Positions 1 to 14,368 of a DNA stretch of 64,000 bases are shown piece after piece. The stretch spans positions 20,336,001-20,400,000 of the forward strand of contig OZ024743.1 of the NCBI GenBank assembly GCA_964016885.1, in the 5' to 3' direction. A model generated the notes under the pieces. It saw only the letters and a program-made list of their open reading frames with translations. It made no database searches and was not told the origin of the DNA. Positions within the stretch are counted from its first letter, which is position 1. Every line of letters begins with the position of its first letter. This DNA is from Eledone cirrhosa. Lineage: Eukaryota. Made by a program: the position numbers and the translations under genes.

Positions 1-189
1 TATATATATATATATACAGATATATACACACACATGTATATGTGGCGGCATGGAAACATGGAAATACTTGATTTGGTGCCCGAGCACGTCGTTAGCAACC
101 AGGAGTGTGAGACTCCTAGATCTTGTTAGGCCTTCAATCTAAGAGAAAGAAAACTGATGTAAAACCTGTGATTCGATGTTCAACTGTTC

Positions 190-390
190 TTTTTAGAATA
201 CCTGTCACCGTTCAGTGCAAAGCATTTCTTTACTTTAAAGAAAAGCTTCAAGCTCATGCATCACTTGATCTAAATGACTTTCATGTGTGTTGCATGAGCA
301 TGGCTTTTTCTGTCGTCTTGCGTTGCAGCATATGCAGAAAGTCCTTGGCAGGGTTTAAAAGTCATGTTCGTGCCACCCTTGTATGAGAAA
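190..390 (+). mobile_element. Degenerate RTE-clade LINE ORF2 C-terminal fragment (terminal zinc finger)
   Basis: Translation ...QCKAF..KEKLQAHASL...LRCSICRKSLAGFKSHVR* resembles the CxxC...KSxAGLKSHxR C-terminus of BovB/RTE-type ORF2. Confidence 0.5.
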
Positions 391-649
391 AAGGTCAAGG
401 GATGGCATTTCTAGAAACTGAGATGCAGCCACTTATATGTATGCTTGCATGTAAAAAGTAAGCAGAAAACAACAAAGCAAACGATGCAGTACAATAAAGA
501 TATATATTGATTTAACATTTGATACAGTAGAAAAAAGTCTTAACATTTTGGACACTAGCCTGAGAAGAGGAAGAAAAAAAAAAGTTTTTTGAGAAAAAGC
601 ATGTGTGTTCAGTCAGTCATGTTGAGGGGGAAAAGTGTGTGTATGTTGT

Positions 650-815
650 CACTCTTTAGCCCTAGGACAATCCTGACCAATAGACGAACTATAATCAATG
701 ACATCTAGGCTTTTGGGGCATATTTAGGACTACATTATCAAATGAGTCATTTATTTAATTTAAAGACGGTAGGGTATGATTTGAAGGATATTTAGCAGCT
801 ATTTCTAGCAAATAT
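650..815 (-). mobile_element. Degenerate SINE-like repeat, family 3
   Basis: Shares tttagccc..gg and gatttga.gga.atttagc.gctatttctagc blocks with 1972-2140 and, in reverse complement, 37110-37272. Confidence 0.5.
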
Positions 816-1971
816 AGGTTCATTCATTGGTTTGCACTTGTGTATAGAAATGTAGGGTAAATTACAAGTATGTATCGTCTTAGTAAATACATGTTAACCT
901 CTCTGTGAAGAGCAGACATGGTAGTTAAACCACAGGTTTTTAACCATAATATTAACTTTTCACATTAAGGCTAAACTCGATATTTACTAAGAAAAACACA
1001 TGCTCGTAAGTTTACCTTATATTTTTACTTATCCAACTGTTGTGTAAAAAATCTAAATCGATAAACGAAATAATTAGTTATACCTAATTGTTTATATTGT
1101 AAATAAAAATGAGCTAGCCTTTTATATATGTGTATCAAGTCTGGAGAATGTATTACCCATTCTGGGCAGATATTGTTTATTCTTTAGTTCTTTCAGAATT
1201 TGGTCTACTATTTGGTTTTCTTCCACTTACACTCAGGACTTGCATAAGCAATCCATTCTTGGAATTTATTTCTCTAGTTTTATTATCTGACCAAATGCTC
1301 AGATATTCGGTGCAATCACTACTTCCAGTACAAAAAGTCTAAAAAAGCACCATTGTCAGATGAGCCTAGTTGATTTCTTTAAAGCCACTTCATTTTTAAG
1401 CATATAGAATTTGACAGAATGCTGGGAGGATTTCAAATTTGAAAGTGTGAACGTCCCAAAAGTAGAAAACGACTGTAAAAATAATCTATCACTATAAATA
1501 ATAGTTGATAAAATCGGATAAATTATCGATAGACGGAATAAATGGACAGACGCAGGTACTTTTATTATTTATAGTTTTAGACTGTTATTATATTTTCTGT
1601 ATTTGGGACGCTCACATTTTCACTTAATTTTTCTCTTTAAGGATGTTTACCCTGTGATATGGAAATATACTGGCTGGATTAATTTCTAAGCAAGTCATTT
1701 CTGAATATATATACATCTAGTCTATTACTCTTTGTTTTATTTTCAGGTGTGTTATAACTTGGAGAAAAAAACCTTTGGTCTTTTTTTTTATGCTAGGGTT
1801 TAACTTGAGGGAGATTTAATTATTTCTAAAAGGACAAAGTGACCACCTTCTTAGTCTACTTTTAATTTCTTTTTATTCTAAATGGTACAATATAAGTTCC
1901 ATTAGTTAACTCATCTCTCATGTTACATCACAACAATCTTACTTTTGAAAAGTTTTGCAAAGGCAAAATTA

Positions 1972-2140
1972 TTGTTGTTGTTTAGCCCCAGGTCAGATCT
2001 GAATGTGATGTATAATCAAAAGTATATCTGCTGTGTCCATCTCCTTTTTTTCAGACATTTTAAATCTAGTAGTTATCCAATGTGTTCTTTTGTTCAGATT
2101 ATAGTGCTGATTTGAGGGAAATTCTGCCGCTATTTCTAAC
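1972..2140 (-). mobile_element. Degenerate SINE-like repeat, family 3, (CAA)n-tailed
   Basis: ttgttgttgtttagccccagg...gatttgagggaaattctgccgctatttctaac; similar to 650-815 and 37110-37272. Confidence 0.5.
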
Positions 2141-2689
2141 ATTGCTTTTCATCCTTTCACTGAGGTTGATTTAATCAACATTTTCCTTTACTCCAAATTT
2201 TCTGGCCTTGTTCCTGAATTGGAATATGTATGGTTAGAAATACTAACACATATACAATTAATGTACAGCAGGAGGAGTGTAACTGTGCTGTGAAGTTAAA
2301 CTTAAGTTGATTGAATGAGGGGTGGAGGGAATCTATGCCTGCTACAAATAAAATAACCCAATGAAATGCTTCACAATCTAGAGACATGCAGACAGATTTC
2401 TATTATAGATATAGATGGATTTACTATCATCAAGGATAACTTTACCAACACCTGACATACTTCAATACTGATATAGGAATTACAGCTCTCTTCCTTTTCT
2501 GCACAAAATCCTGCATATTCAACACAACCATTTCTGTACAAAGACATACAAACCATCCATAAACAAACGCTTCTACTTCTATCATTTGTGACCTGAATTG
2601 TAATTTCTGATCTAACTTTCTTGTTACGTACTGAAGTGTCTGTCAATCACAACCAAATAAAGATAATTTCATTATCTATTCTTTTTCCC

Positions 2690-2976
2690 TGGCACTCGGT
2701 TACGACGACGAGTATTCCAGTTGACCCGATCAATGGAACAGTCTGCTCATGAAATTAACGTGCAAGTGGCTGAGTATTCCACAGACACATGTGCACTTAA
2801 TGTAGTTCTCAGGGGGATTCAGCGTGACACAGATACAACTAATTTTTGCCAGCTGAGTGGACTGGAGTAACGTGAAATAAAGTGTCTTGCTCAAAGACAC
2901 AATGTGCCGCTGGTAAACGAACTCACGACCTTATGATTGTGAGCCAAATACCCTAACCACAAAGCCATGCACCTTC
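2690..2976 (-). mobile_element. tRNA-derived CORE-type SINE
   Basis: Reverse complement gives tRNA-like head (ggtgcatggctttgtggttagg...gagttcg) then CORE-like tgtgtctttgagcaagacactttatttcac; head shared with 63566-63903, body shared with 3985-4232. Confidence 0.8.
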
Positions 2977-3984
2977 ACTCACTATCTTTACGTAATACTA
3001 AACAAGCATAACTGTGTAGTTAAGAATTTCACTTCTTTTTTATCCCATTGTATACCATTTTAAGTAAATGTCAATCACTGGTTGACCAATACCTCTAAGA
3101 GATATTTGGTAGACAGAGACTCGGCAGAAACTGCCTTGTTTGTGTCTCTGTATATGTGTTTATCAGTTTAAATCAAACAAAACTACTGTATGATATTTAG
3201 GTATTGAATTACTCCCTTTACAGTAAGGAGGACATAGCTTTTAGATAAACAGAAATCAATAAAATGAATAACAGATTTAGTACTTATTACTAAATAACTA
3301 AAAACCCTTGAGGGCAGTATCCCACTGTCCAATGACTGAAACCTGTATAAAAATAAGAATATGACAAGCACACAGGAGAAACTTCCAAATATCAATGGAC
3401 ATTATTCTTTCAACCAATACTGTATTTAGCATTAATTGGTTGTATCTATTTCAATGAATAGTCATTTTTTTACTTCATGTAAGTATAAATGTAACAGTTA
3501 ATTTAATATGATTCTGGACATTAGATGATTTGTTCAAACTCTCACTTAATAACTTATATTGTGTATATAGGTCCAATCCTGATTGGAGGTTGAGTTGTGC
3601 TCATCACTCTATTATTTAGGTTATAATGTATCCTGACCTATATTATCTTGGAGGCATATGCTTCTTTCTCTTTTTAAATTGGTAGGATATGATGTGAGGA
3701 ACATTTTGGGTTTATCTCCAGGTTGAGCAACCACATAGACCCCTCCTCTCTTTTGGCTTATTCATATTTTTGGATGGATAAGGTACGCTTTTTTTCTTTC
3801 TTTTTGTCTCAGTGTATTTTGCTGGAAAATAATGTAGCTAGTGTCATTTTATGATTAACTTGATGCTAAAATAGCTATTCTATAAAGATATCTACTTTAA
3901 AAACTCTTTAAATGGGTAGATTTGTTCAATTTATGATGGAATATATTATAGTGAAAAGAGCGTGTGAGTGTTGCGTGTATACAC

Positions 3985-4232
3985 ATTGGATCAGTTGTCC
4001 AAGCAATAGAACAGTTTGCTCATCAAATTAATATGCAAGTAGCTGAGCTTTCCACTGACACATGTACTTTTAATGTAGTTCTCAGGCAGATTTAGCATGA
4101 CACAATGTATGACAAGATTTGCCCTGTGAACTGGCGCAAGGTGAAATATTGTCTTGCTCAAGAACATGCTGCAGTAATCAAACTACTGACTTTACAATCA
4201 TGTGCCAAACATTCTAACCACAAAGCCACTGC
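3985..4232 (-). mobile_element. Degenerate CORE-type SINE, same family as 2690-2976
   Basis: Collinear similarity (atgcaagtagctgag...taatgtagttctcag...tgtcttgctcaag...ctaaccacaaagcca). Confidence 0.7.
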
Positions 4233-5593
4233 GTTCAAAAAGATCATATAATGAAGATATATGAACTAAAAAATATATCATTATTTGCATCAGTTTTTCA
4301 ATGTTTTATGCATGTCATAACATTTATTAAGTTATCAACAAATTAATTGTCAAATGTGCAATAATAGAGTTCATAACGTAGATAAGCGTGCTATCATTTT
4401 AACATATATCATGATATCATGATAGCATAATCAAATTCTAATTTCAATTATTTGTAAAAAGGTTTCCTAAAACTATGAAAGAAATATTATACAACTTAAT
4501 TAAAGCAATTAGGCAACTGAAATACTTTGAAGGTCATCTATATTTTCAAAAAATATTCAGTTTATTGATTAAAAGATATTGTGAACAAATTAGACCATGT
4601 CATTTGCAGACCAAAAACATTGCCTAATGGTATAGTGTTTGTAGCATTCTATATATATATTTTTTCATGTTATGATTTATTGTATTCTGTGTAATAAAAT
4701 GCATGCATACATAAACACATACAAACACACAGACAGATATATTTCTGCATGCAGATTATCCTGTGCCTAAAGTTTGTTCAAAATACTGTCTAAATATAGT
4801 GTGGAAGATGCTTATTGTGATCACTTTGTGTGGATACACACACTCACACCAATACTGCCAGTTACACTGACCAAACTTAACACACTAGTATCTCCTTTCC
4901 TGGCATTAATATCAAAGTCTGCCATCACCACCACCATAAATCTACTGCATCTCTTTAGCTGGTGGGCTTTTCTTTTGATCACTTGTGATTACTGTGGAGG
5001 TGTAGTGGTTAACTTGCAAATGTTGATAACAATATCTGGAACTTTGATCCTAATAATCAGATAACTTTTAATTCATTTTAAATAAAGTTTGGAACCCACT
5101 AATTTTGATAATAATAAACCATCTGATAGCATTATTTATGATTATAAGTGCCTTCCACTGTATATTAAAGCCACTTTAAAAGAAGTAATATAATTACATG
5201 TCTATACATTTGATTGAAGTTGTTACTTGAACAGAGTTTGTGGGAGAGATGCCCACAATTAAAGTGACATTTTCTCTCTCTTTCCAACTGACGCAAAATA
5301 CATAAGCCCAAAACAGATTCATCACTTCTCATCGTAACTAAAGTTGGCAGATTCTTCTAGAATCTCTCATATGGACTAATTGTTGCCAACACAGACCATC
5401 ACCAGTTTAGTCAGATTCCAGATTTACCCATATCTAGAACAGTATAGATTGATAGACTAACTGGTGTCAAATTTTATATATATCTGCACTTCAGTATATT
5501 ATTGCTCAGCTAGAACTGAACACATATTTTTTTACATCTAATATAGGATTTCAATGTTCATATTAACTATGCTATAGTTTAATATGTCATGGA

Positions 5594-5598
<5 letters not shown>

Positions 5599-5624
<26 letters not shown>
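5599..5624. repeat. (TG)n microsatellite
   Basis: Direct read. Confidence 0.95.
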
Positions 5625-5732
5625 CTGTCAGAATATTTGTCTGAATGAATCTGTTGATACTCAGAATATGCTAATCAAAACATAGTGTAGCTAGAAACAC
5701 AAAAGGGTAATACAATCAATGAAGATTATTTT

Positions 5733-5791
5733 ATGCTAGCGTGGAAAATGGACGTTAAACGAAGATGATGATGATGATGATGATGATGATG
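5733..5791 (+). mobile_element. Extreme 3' end of RTE family A with (GAT)n tail
   Basis: atgctagcgtggaaaatggacgttaaacg + (GAT)n matches the end of the copy at 62300-63548. Confidence 0.8.
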
Positions 5792-5981
5792 TACCCTAGT
5801 TGTTTGAATAAATACACCATATCTCTGTGTGTTATAAGAGGCAACTTAAATGGTTGGCATCAGGAAGGGCATCTGGCTTGAAAACAGTGTCTCAAAACAA
5901 CCCATCCAAGCATGGAAAAATGGATGTAAAAGCGATGACAGTTATTGGTAGATATTTTGAATTTTTAATATTAAGATTAAT

Positions 5982-6192
5982 AAGGGCAGTAGATTGGCAG
6001 TATCAGTAGAGCATCAGACAACATGCTTTATGGCATAGGGTTATGGCCCTTTACGACCTGAGTCCAAATCCTGCCTAGATTAGCTTTGCCTTTTATCCTT
6101 ACGGGGTCGATAAAATAAAGTACCAGTAATGCACTAGGGTTGATTTAATTGACTTTCCCCTCCTCCAAAATTGTTTGCCTTGTGCCTAAATC
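5982..6192 (+). mobile_element. tRNA-derived SINE, family 2
   Basis: A-box-like tggcagtatcag, B-box-like gagtccaaatcc, conserved ctttgccttttatccttacggggtcgataaaataaagtaccag core; matches 15348 and 50184 copies. Confidence 0.85.
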
Positions 6193-6929
6193 AGCATTAA
6201 AAATATATTGAAATAAGACTTTTATGATTGCAATTCTGTACTTCTCTGAATTTTTTTAATTGTTTTCCCTACTTTACATCTTATCTCTGAAAACTGAATA
6301 AAGTTAAAATGGTTTGTATTTTAAATTTAACAACAACGTTTGATGTTATAAAATCAGAATAGTATTAGTTAATTGCTAAACCTTTTAAATTGTTTGCAAC
6401 TAAACATTTTTTGTGACATTTAACTTCAATAATAAAACGCTTCTTCACTTTGAAAGCATTAGTTGCCTTCTTCAAAACTGTATGATTACAGTTAACTTAG
6501 AAATAACAGTGCCTAGTTTAAATCCAGTTCTATACTACATCTATAACCAAGAAAAAGACATTTCATGATGATCAAAGATCAAATCAATCAAAACATTGCG
6601 CAGATAGAAATATTAAGAGTAGTGTTTTATCTATAATGATTGGGTTATTAGTCCAAAGCTCAAGGGCTCCATATTTCTCATGATACTATGGATCTGTATT
6701 TAGGAAGTTCCTCTCCAAGGTACTGACATGGATATGCTTTTTTGTGTGGAAGATAAGCAGCCACCCACGTATGCAAGCACTTCTCCATAGGCAGATGTTG
6801 TTCAAGGGAAAGGCGAGGGCTGATACAGCTTGGCACCAATGACATTGCTGGTGAACTAAAGAAGTAAAAGGCTAAAAGAGAAACCATCAAATCAATATGT
6901 CCAATGTTCTAACAATCCTATCAATCCAC

Positions 6930-7075
6930 CACCCTGGACTACTCCTTTATTAACTCCTCAAATGATGAAAGGCAAAGTTGACTTCAACAAGATTTGAACA
7001 CAAAACAGACACACAGAACAAATACTGTGAAACATTTAATCCAACATTCTAACAATTTTTCCAACTCACTGCCTC
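6930..7075 (-). mobile_element. Degenerate SINE family 2
   Basis: gatgaaaggcaaagttgact...gatttgaac is the reverse complement of the family core and B box. Confidence 0.6.
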
Positions 7076-8109
7076 AATTTGGAATATTATAATCTTATTA
7101 ACTAGACATTTAATTACATATAACAGTTTTAACTGTGAAGTGATTTTGTAGAAACACTATTTATAAGAGCAACAAAATATTTTCAATCCCAGTAACCAAT
7201 ACAGTGGCTATGTTTCTTTATTTGATACTCCTATCATAAATCAGCTGATGAAACAGTGTCATTAGTAGTTACAGCCACATCCTATCATTATTGATGTATC
7301 AGTAATTTTGCTATTTCAAGTAATTATCTTTATTCAATTGATTAATTATCTACTATCTATTGTACTAGCCTAGAAAATATCTTCTGAAATTAATATCTAT
7401 GTTTCATCCTTATAATACTATTATGAATCTTCATCATCATTTGAATATCTATTGTTCCACACTGACACACTTTGAATGAATTTGCTTGCTACATTTGACA
7501 CTGTACTTTGCGTACATTGTTTTGGCCTTAGGTAGTTCAATTTTGATTACATAATTAATGTGGTAATATTTTGTGTAGTGGAGTATGTATAATTACAGCA
7601 GTGTCTTTTCTTTAGGTGTGTTTTCTGACAACCATTTCATATGAAATAGTAGTGATGATATTGAGTTGCTACTGAAAATAAATAGATTTAAAATCAACAT
7701 GTGGCCTTTTGTATGTAGATTTTCTTAAAATATTTGAAATCTCAAACTGCAAACATACAAATAAGAAGTGGAAAAAAGTTTTGAAAATGTGTGGGACATT
7801 CTAATACCATTATGGTCATGTTGGGGTTTATTAGTGCATGCTATCTTTTGAGATAGCACATTGTAAACACTATTTTTTTTTTTTTTGTAGGGTGGGGCGT
7901 TCTACTATCTCTATATACTGATACATGCTGTTACTTATCATTAATCATCCCTCTCTCATGTGTGTGTGTGTGTAATTGATTTGATCAATTCTGGATAGGT
8001 TTTAATTACACCTAATAAAAAGTGATAGATTCAGATGAATCAGATTATTCATTTACTTTCATAATTACATCACATTAGTTTAACATGCCCTAATCTCATA
8101 TTTCCTAAT

Positions 8110-8336
8110 TTAACCCTTTAGCATTTACATTACTCTATATATACTATTGTATTTTGTGTTAAAGGCTTTATCTTACATAATTATCTCACATAATATTGAA
8201 ATTATGAGATTTTGATATTATTATTTTGAGCTCAATGCCTTAACATCAGTATGAGTGGCCATTTTCAGCGGGTCTGAATAGAAAGAGGTGAGAGAATTTT
8301 GGCTGGATATGGCCGGTTTAAATGACTAAGCATTAA
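8110..8336. mobile_element. TTAA-flanked MITE, piggyBac-like non-autonomous element
   Basis: Left end ttaa-ccctttagcattt; right end aaatgactaagca-ttaa; degenerate terminal inverted repeat with TTAA on both sides. Confidence 0.5.
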
Positions 8337-9244
8337 GTGAAGGAAAAATATATAGTGAAGAAAAAATTGGAAATTTTATGTATGTAATATTCCTCAGTTT
8401 TTTTTAACAAAAGTAATGAAGTAAATCAAATTAAGGTTTTAGATAAAACCTTTTCACTAAGTTTTTGAAATAAATCATCAACAACAACTTCATTTTATGG
8501 CTGTATATAATTTGTATTTTATTTTGTTTGATTCATCTTCATTTTATCTTTATACAATTAACTATTTCAATATATTTACTTGAACATATTAAATTTACCT
8601 TAACTGAATCACATTCTGTTTATGCAGAATAATCAATTAGAAATTCACGATATATATATGATTACAAGCTGGAGGTATTCAGAATAAGAACACTAGCATT
8701 CAGAATAGTATTAGTATATGTAAATTTTAGTGAAATCATTGCAATTGGAACTCTTCCCATATCTTAATTTTGTATTCAAATTATATTCATCCCTGAGGTC
8801 TCATAATAAATCAAAATATAGGCAATAAAAAAAAATTTGTTTCATAATTTAAAGCATGATATTTTTTCAAAATTTTCCAATTCGTTTATCATTGGATTAT
8901 GCAAAATCCTTTGTTGAGCTATTAAAATAATTGAATGCAAATGAAAATAAATTGAAATATTAAAATAAAAAAAAATAAAACAGAGCAATTTTGTTATGTT
9001 GTGTTAAAATCATCTTAAACTAGTCAAGTTTACAAAGAAAATACTAATTTAATAAGCAAAATTCTATTTTTGAAAAATATTCATATGAATTTTCATACAA
9101 ATTTTGGCATTTTTCTTCTGCTCAAAATTTTTATATATTTATCAGAGTATCAAATTGCTTTTAAGGTAATTGAATCTTCTGTATAGATATGCGAAGACAG
9201 AAATAGGTTGTTGCAAACTGCTTACAGATAGTGTTATATAGCAT

Positions 9245-9370
9245 TGGCACAAGGCCACCCATTTTTGAGGGTAGATAAAATTGATTGGAGTGACCTTAGT
9301 TTTTGTTTAAAACTTATATTTTATCAACCCCAAGAGGATAAAAGACAAGGTTGACGTCAGTGGGATTTGA
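9245..9370 (-). mobile_element. Degenerate SINE family 2, 3' half
   Basis: ggcacaaggcca...ttttatcaacccc...ggataaaagacaaggttgac...ggatttgaa is the reverse complement of family 2. Confidence 0.6.
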
Positions 9371-10418
9371 AAATGCTTAAATTCGGTGATAAGTTACTCA
9401 TATTTAACCCAGTGTTTCGTAAAATATTTATCATATAACTTCCTTATTATTTTAATCAATATCTTAATTTATATCATATCCACTTCCTCTTGAAGAATTT
9501 CTTAAGGTTTTCAAACTTTCTTCATTGGTTAATTTCTTCCCATATACTTTCAAACTTATTTGAGGACAATATTTTTTTACAAATCAGCGAATTGGCAGTC
9601 ATTAAAATATCAGCCAGAATACTTTGTGCCATTTGTTTTACCTTTGTTCTCTGTGTTCAAATTCCACCATGGTCAATTTTGGGTTGATTTCTTTTTAATC
9701 TATATCTCTTTCTCACTTCCTCTCTCTCAATCTTTCTCTGCTTCCCTGGAAGAAATCAGCTGTGTTCAGACCTAAACAGGATATTGGTTCCACCATGTAT
9801 AATGAGCTGGTTCTATGATGGTGCTTCTATGACTCCATCAGGAGTTATGACTCTATGCATACATACTCTTTCTACAAGTAATGTATATATAGTATTAGTG
9901 ACAATTGAAATTATAGGTTTGTGTTCAAATCAATTGCTAGTGTGTTAAAATTTATTTGGGCAGCTAATTGTATAGACCATAGTATGGCAGATTACTCTTT
10001 TATGTATTCCAGCCAACTGGCTGAAGCCATACTGGGGCACTGCCATTAGATTAGTATTTTTACTAGCAAAGGATTTGATTCAGCTCCTCAATTTAGATGG
10101 TAAAATGTTGTCAGAGGTCCTTTAGCTCAATAGTGAAAGATACAGAGTTTGATTCTTTGTGGTGGCCACTGGCAAAATATTTTTCCATCACTAAGGATTT
10201 TTATCCGATTTTTATAAGTTATTTAAAGCAAATGACTGAAATTAGTTATTTTCAGCATTTCAGCTTCCTACATCTAGAAATTTAATTTCTCAGTGCTTCG
10301 GAAGTTTGAAAATTTGAATGTTCCAGCTTTACACATGATGTTTGTGTTCATATGTATATATAAGTATATATGCACATATGTGTATATAGGTATATATATA
10401 TATATATATATATATATT

Positions 10419-10551
10419 GAAGGGCATCCAACTGTAGAAAACCTGCCAGACAGTCCTATGCGAGCAAGACAATCACTCTTGCCTCAAGTGGGACTACCCC
10501 CGTCCAAACCCATGCAAGCGTGGAACACGGACGTTAAACGTTGATGATGAT
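10419..10551 (+). mobile_element. 5'-truncated RTE family A 3' tail following (TA)n
   Basis: Reverse complement of the tail at 24546-24680; ends ggacgttaaacgttgatgatga. Confidence 0.85.
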
Positions 10552-10925
10552 ATATCAGATTTGATTTGAGCATATAGTAACTAAAACTCTCGTAACATTG
10601 AACCAAAGTTCTCAATACCTATTTGCAATGTCTGTATGCAATGTATATATATACATACATACACAGAAATCAAATCTGATTAATTCTTTTGAAAGAATGA
10701 AGTTATTGATGATAAAATAATTTTGATTCAAAATTGTTGAAGTATTTTATTATTGTTTTAGCTCTTAAGTTGCTCAGTATGTTTCATTTTTTTTTATGTA
10801 GAAATTTGCTAATTTGAAAAGAAACTTTCATATATATGTTTTAGATTAGTTGCAAAGGGCCATTACATTTTGCTGACAAACTTAGTAATTGATAGTTTAA
10901 CATAATGTTGTATCATATTTTATTG

Positions 10926-11150
10926 AATGTATGTATGTGTGTGTATTTGTGTGTATGTGTGTATATACGTGTGTGTGTGTATATATATGCGTGTGTGTGT
11001 GTGTGTGTGTGTGTGTGCACGCGCGCGCGCGTATATGTGTGTGTGTGTATATGTGTGTATGCCCACGTGTGTTTGTGTGTGTATTTATGTGTGCATGTGT
11101 GTATATTATTTATGTGTGTGTGTGTATATATACATATGTGTGTGTATATA
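10926..11150. repeat. Compound (TG)/(TA)/(CG) microsatellite
   Basis: Direct read; source of the spurious CV-rich ORFs. Confidence 0.95.
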
Positions 11151-13254
11151 TCATTGTTATGGCTGATTGTGTTTTATTGTGTATAATTTAGCTGTATAGA
11201 ATATACTTAGAGCAATTGGGTTCATATATCTCCTGAAAATATGTTTATATAATATCAAAAGGATGTTGCTTTGAATAGTATTTGTGTGTATATTTACATA
11301 TTCAAACTAAAACTCTTTAATGTATATGTCATTTTGGCATATTCTTTATCAATATTTATTTATTTATTTATTTGATTGATAGCATTCTAATATTTTATTT
11401 TTATGCATTTATTTATGCTTCTTTAACCAGTTACTATAAACAGAAATATATTTTTTCTCCATGACCCATGACTAACTATGAAAAGAAAATTTTTAGATTC
11501 TCTTTGAAAAAGAAAAAAATTAAATCACTGTCTTGACTCTATGCAGGATGTTATTTTTATATTATGTATTTTCCTATTAGTGTTCTACAGAAAAACAGGA
11601 TTGAATGACTTGCCAACATCTAAGCATGGCACTATTGATTAAGTGCATTCATTGTTGTGATATTGAGTGATTAGAAAGCAAAACATCTTTGCATCAGATT
11701 TTATTTTTGTCATTTCTGACTAGCTAAATATTGATCAGAGAAAATATGAAAATAAACTGTACAAGTAGCCTAATATTCTAATTTTATCAGACAATTTCAC
11801 TCATTCCTTTCCAATAATTTACCAGATATTGACTCTGTATTATCTTCACTCTTTATTTGTTTAGACATATCATGTACATTTAGTTTTACTTATACTTGCA
11901 TTTCTTCGGATTTCCGTTCTTTTGATATCATCATCTTTATCATTATCAGTGCTTGTTTTGTTTCTTTGTCTTGTCATCAGGTGGATGGAGCTGCAGAAAA
12001 TATTTTCAGTAGTTATTCATCTAAGTGCCAAAAATGAAAAGCTATGATCTACTTCATAAGACACTTTCTTTAGTCTTTCTATGTCTTCACTTACTGAACA
12101 GAACACAATTCGTGAGCTATAAATATGATGCTTTATTATCTTGGAAGCAAAATAGGCAGAAAAGAAAAACTAAGTATGAATCTCTAAAAGTGAGAATACA
12201 ATAATGCATGCATAAGTCAATGGGTATATTTTGAGTGAAAATATGTTGTACTCTAGTTATGGTGAAAAACTTTATTTCATAGCTGAATCATGACAGTCAG
12301 CAACATGGATGTCAAGCGCTGGTAGATGAATGCTCTGTGAACATAGCTGCCAAAGTTAAGCACACAGATAGTAAACTGTTTGATTAGACACAAATACAGA
12401 AATCAACAAAAGGAAGACCTACAAAAGACAGAGTGCTGGATTTTTAAACTTCTGACTGCCCAGATATGCTTAGTCTCTTGCTTGATCCAAATGTATTCTA
12501 GATTGAATGATTTTCATTTATAAGATTCTTATACCACTCAAAACTCACCATTGCTTCACCTCTTAACATTTTTAACACCAACTATCCTCTCTATCTATTT
12601 TCTTATGAAACTTTACATAAATTTAACTTAAGTCAATTAGTCCACTAAATAGTCAACTGAAATTGCACTGTTACCATACTAGCCAAAGAAAAAAAAAAAA
12701 GATAGTGGGAAGGGGGAGATTTTCATTATGGCAGAAGCATTAGAGTGGTTGTCAAGTCCTCAACAGACTGAAAAATCCACTCTACCTTATCTTGTTTTTG
12801 TTCTAAGGGAAATTTATCATATTACCAACTCTAGGATGGCTAAAGAGTCCTCTCTACTCTTAGTGTTTGTTCTTTCATAGCAAGCATGACTGAATAGAAG
12901 GGAAGCCATGGACAAGAAGTTGAGGAGATAGTATGATTGTGTGATTAGGAGAAACATATTAACATGAAAAGGAGACAGTAGTGGCTAAAGGAAGTTGACT
13001 AAGAAGAGCATTATCTTAAAAAATGAAAGACATTGAAAAATAGCTTTCTGAAGCTGTCATGTCTGGAATGCTTTTGGTCATATGTCATCTCAAACAGGAC
13101 AACTTTTACACCCAATACACTCTGTAAGGTATTTGGTGTTCAAAAAGGCATCAATCCATAGAAACCATGTCAAAATGGAATATATTCAGTGAGACATGGT
13201 GCTCTGGCCTATCTTGAAGGACAGCAATTCCAATCAAGTCTCTTGCTTATATAA

Positions 13255-13560
13255 ATTCCCACACTTTACAGAGTGTAATGGGTGCATTTTATCGTGGTAC
13301 CATCATTAAGTTGTTTATTATATCCTTGAGTACACTGAATAGTCCTTTGATCCTTTATTTTGCAAGTTTTCTTCTTTTTTTTTTTTGTAGTTCGGATGGC
13401 CTTCCTATCATGAACAATGTGTATTGGGTGCATTTTATCTTAGCACTAACATTAGGGAGGTTGTTGGGCCCTTACTCTCAACCCTTTGTTTGGCAGGTTT
13501 TTAATAGCTGGATGCTCTTTCTAATGCCAACTGCTTTAAAGGCGTATTGGGTGCATTTTA
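13255..13560 (-). mobile_element. Old RTE-3'UTR-related repeat
   Basis: cactttacagagtgtaatgggtgcatttt and ctggatgctctttctaatgccaac resemble the family A 3'UTR; similar relics at 53480-53590 and 60300-60400. Confidence 0.5.
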
Positions 13561-14368
13561 AAATAAAAAAAGTATATTCAGAGCGGCTTATAATCTGGCT
13601 CTCTATTTCTGCAGTTAATCCACCACACACCTAATAACCTTCAGTAATGAAATATTTATTTATTAGAAGCAGAATTTATTTACAAAAATATTCAATTTTG
13701 GTACATCACTATGACTTACAGAGCACACAAAATAGGATTGATCATATTTTCTTCATATCTAAAGTACACTATTTGATCAGAGCTCAGCTTTTCTTAACAT
13801 AAAAGGAATAGCATAGAATGTTTTTATACTTCCAAAAAAAAAAAAAAAAAAAAAAAAATATATATATAACATCAAAGTATATTATATGGCATTGAACTAG
13901 GAACGAAAATTCTGGAAGGAAATGAAAAACAAACATTAAAGCTTTTTATATTCTGCTAGTATTTTACGCTGAAAACATCCAGATGTATTTAAGTTGAAAA
14001 ATTCTTATTAAGATAAGTACATTCCTGGAGAAGAATGTTTTGTGGGGTCTGTGATATAGTTATCTGTTGATAATAGTTGTATATGTCACCTGGTATAACT
14101 GTAATCAAAACAAAATTTAGCTTGTATTCAGAGAAACACATTCTTTTAAGTTGAAATACCACATAAAATTATAGCAATCCATATTAGTACAAACAACTTG
14201 CATTATAATTGCCTCTCTACTTTATAATTGGTTTTCCTATGTTTACATTCTATCTTTATAACGTGTTGTGTGGCTCCATATGAATTACTGCTTTCAAAAT
14301 AAATAAAGCCATGTTAAATCAATATTGCATTGAAAATTCGATTAGATAAATATTACAAATGTTTTAAT

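Noticed and set aside
10905-11191. CV/YI-rich ORFs (also 16333-16563, 23571-23946, 24221-24749, 33827-34051)
   Set aside because: They are translations of stop-free dinucleotide microsatellites.
12150-12480. Possible ancient LINE remnant (also 46900-47340 and 54360-54960)
   Set aside because: Composition looks transposon-derived but is too degenerate to assign by eye.
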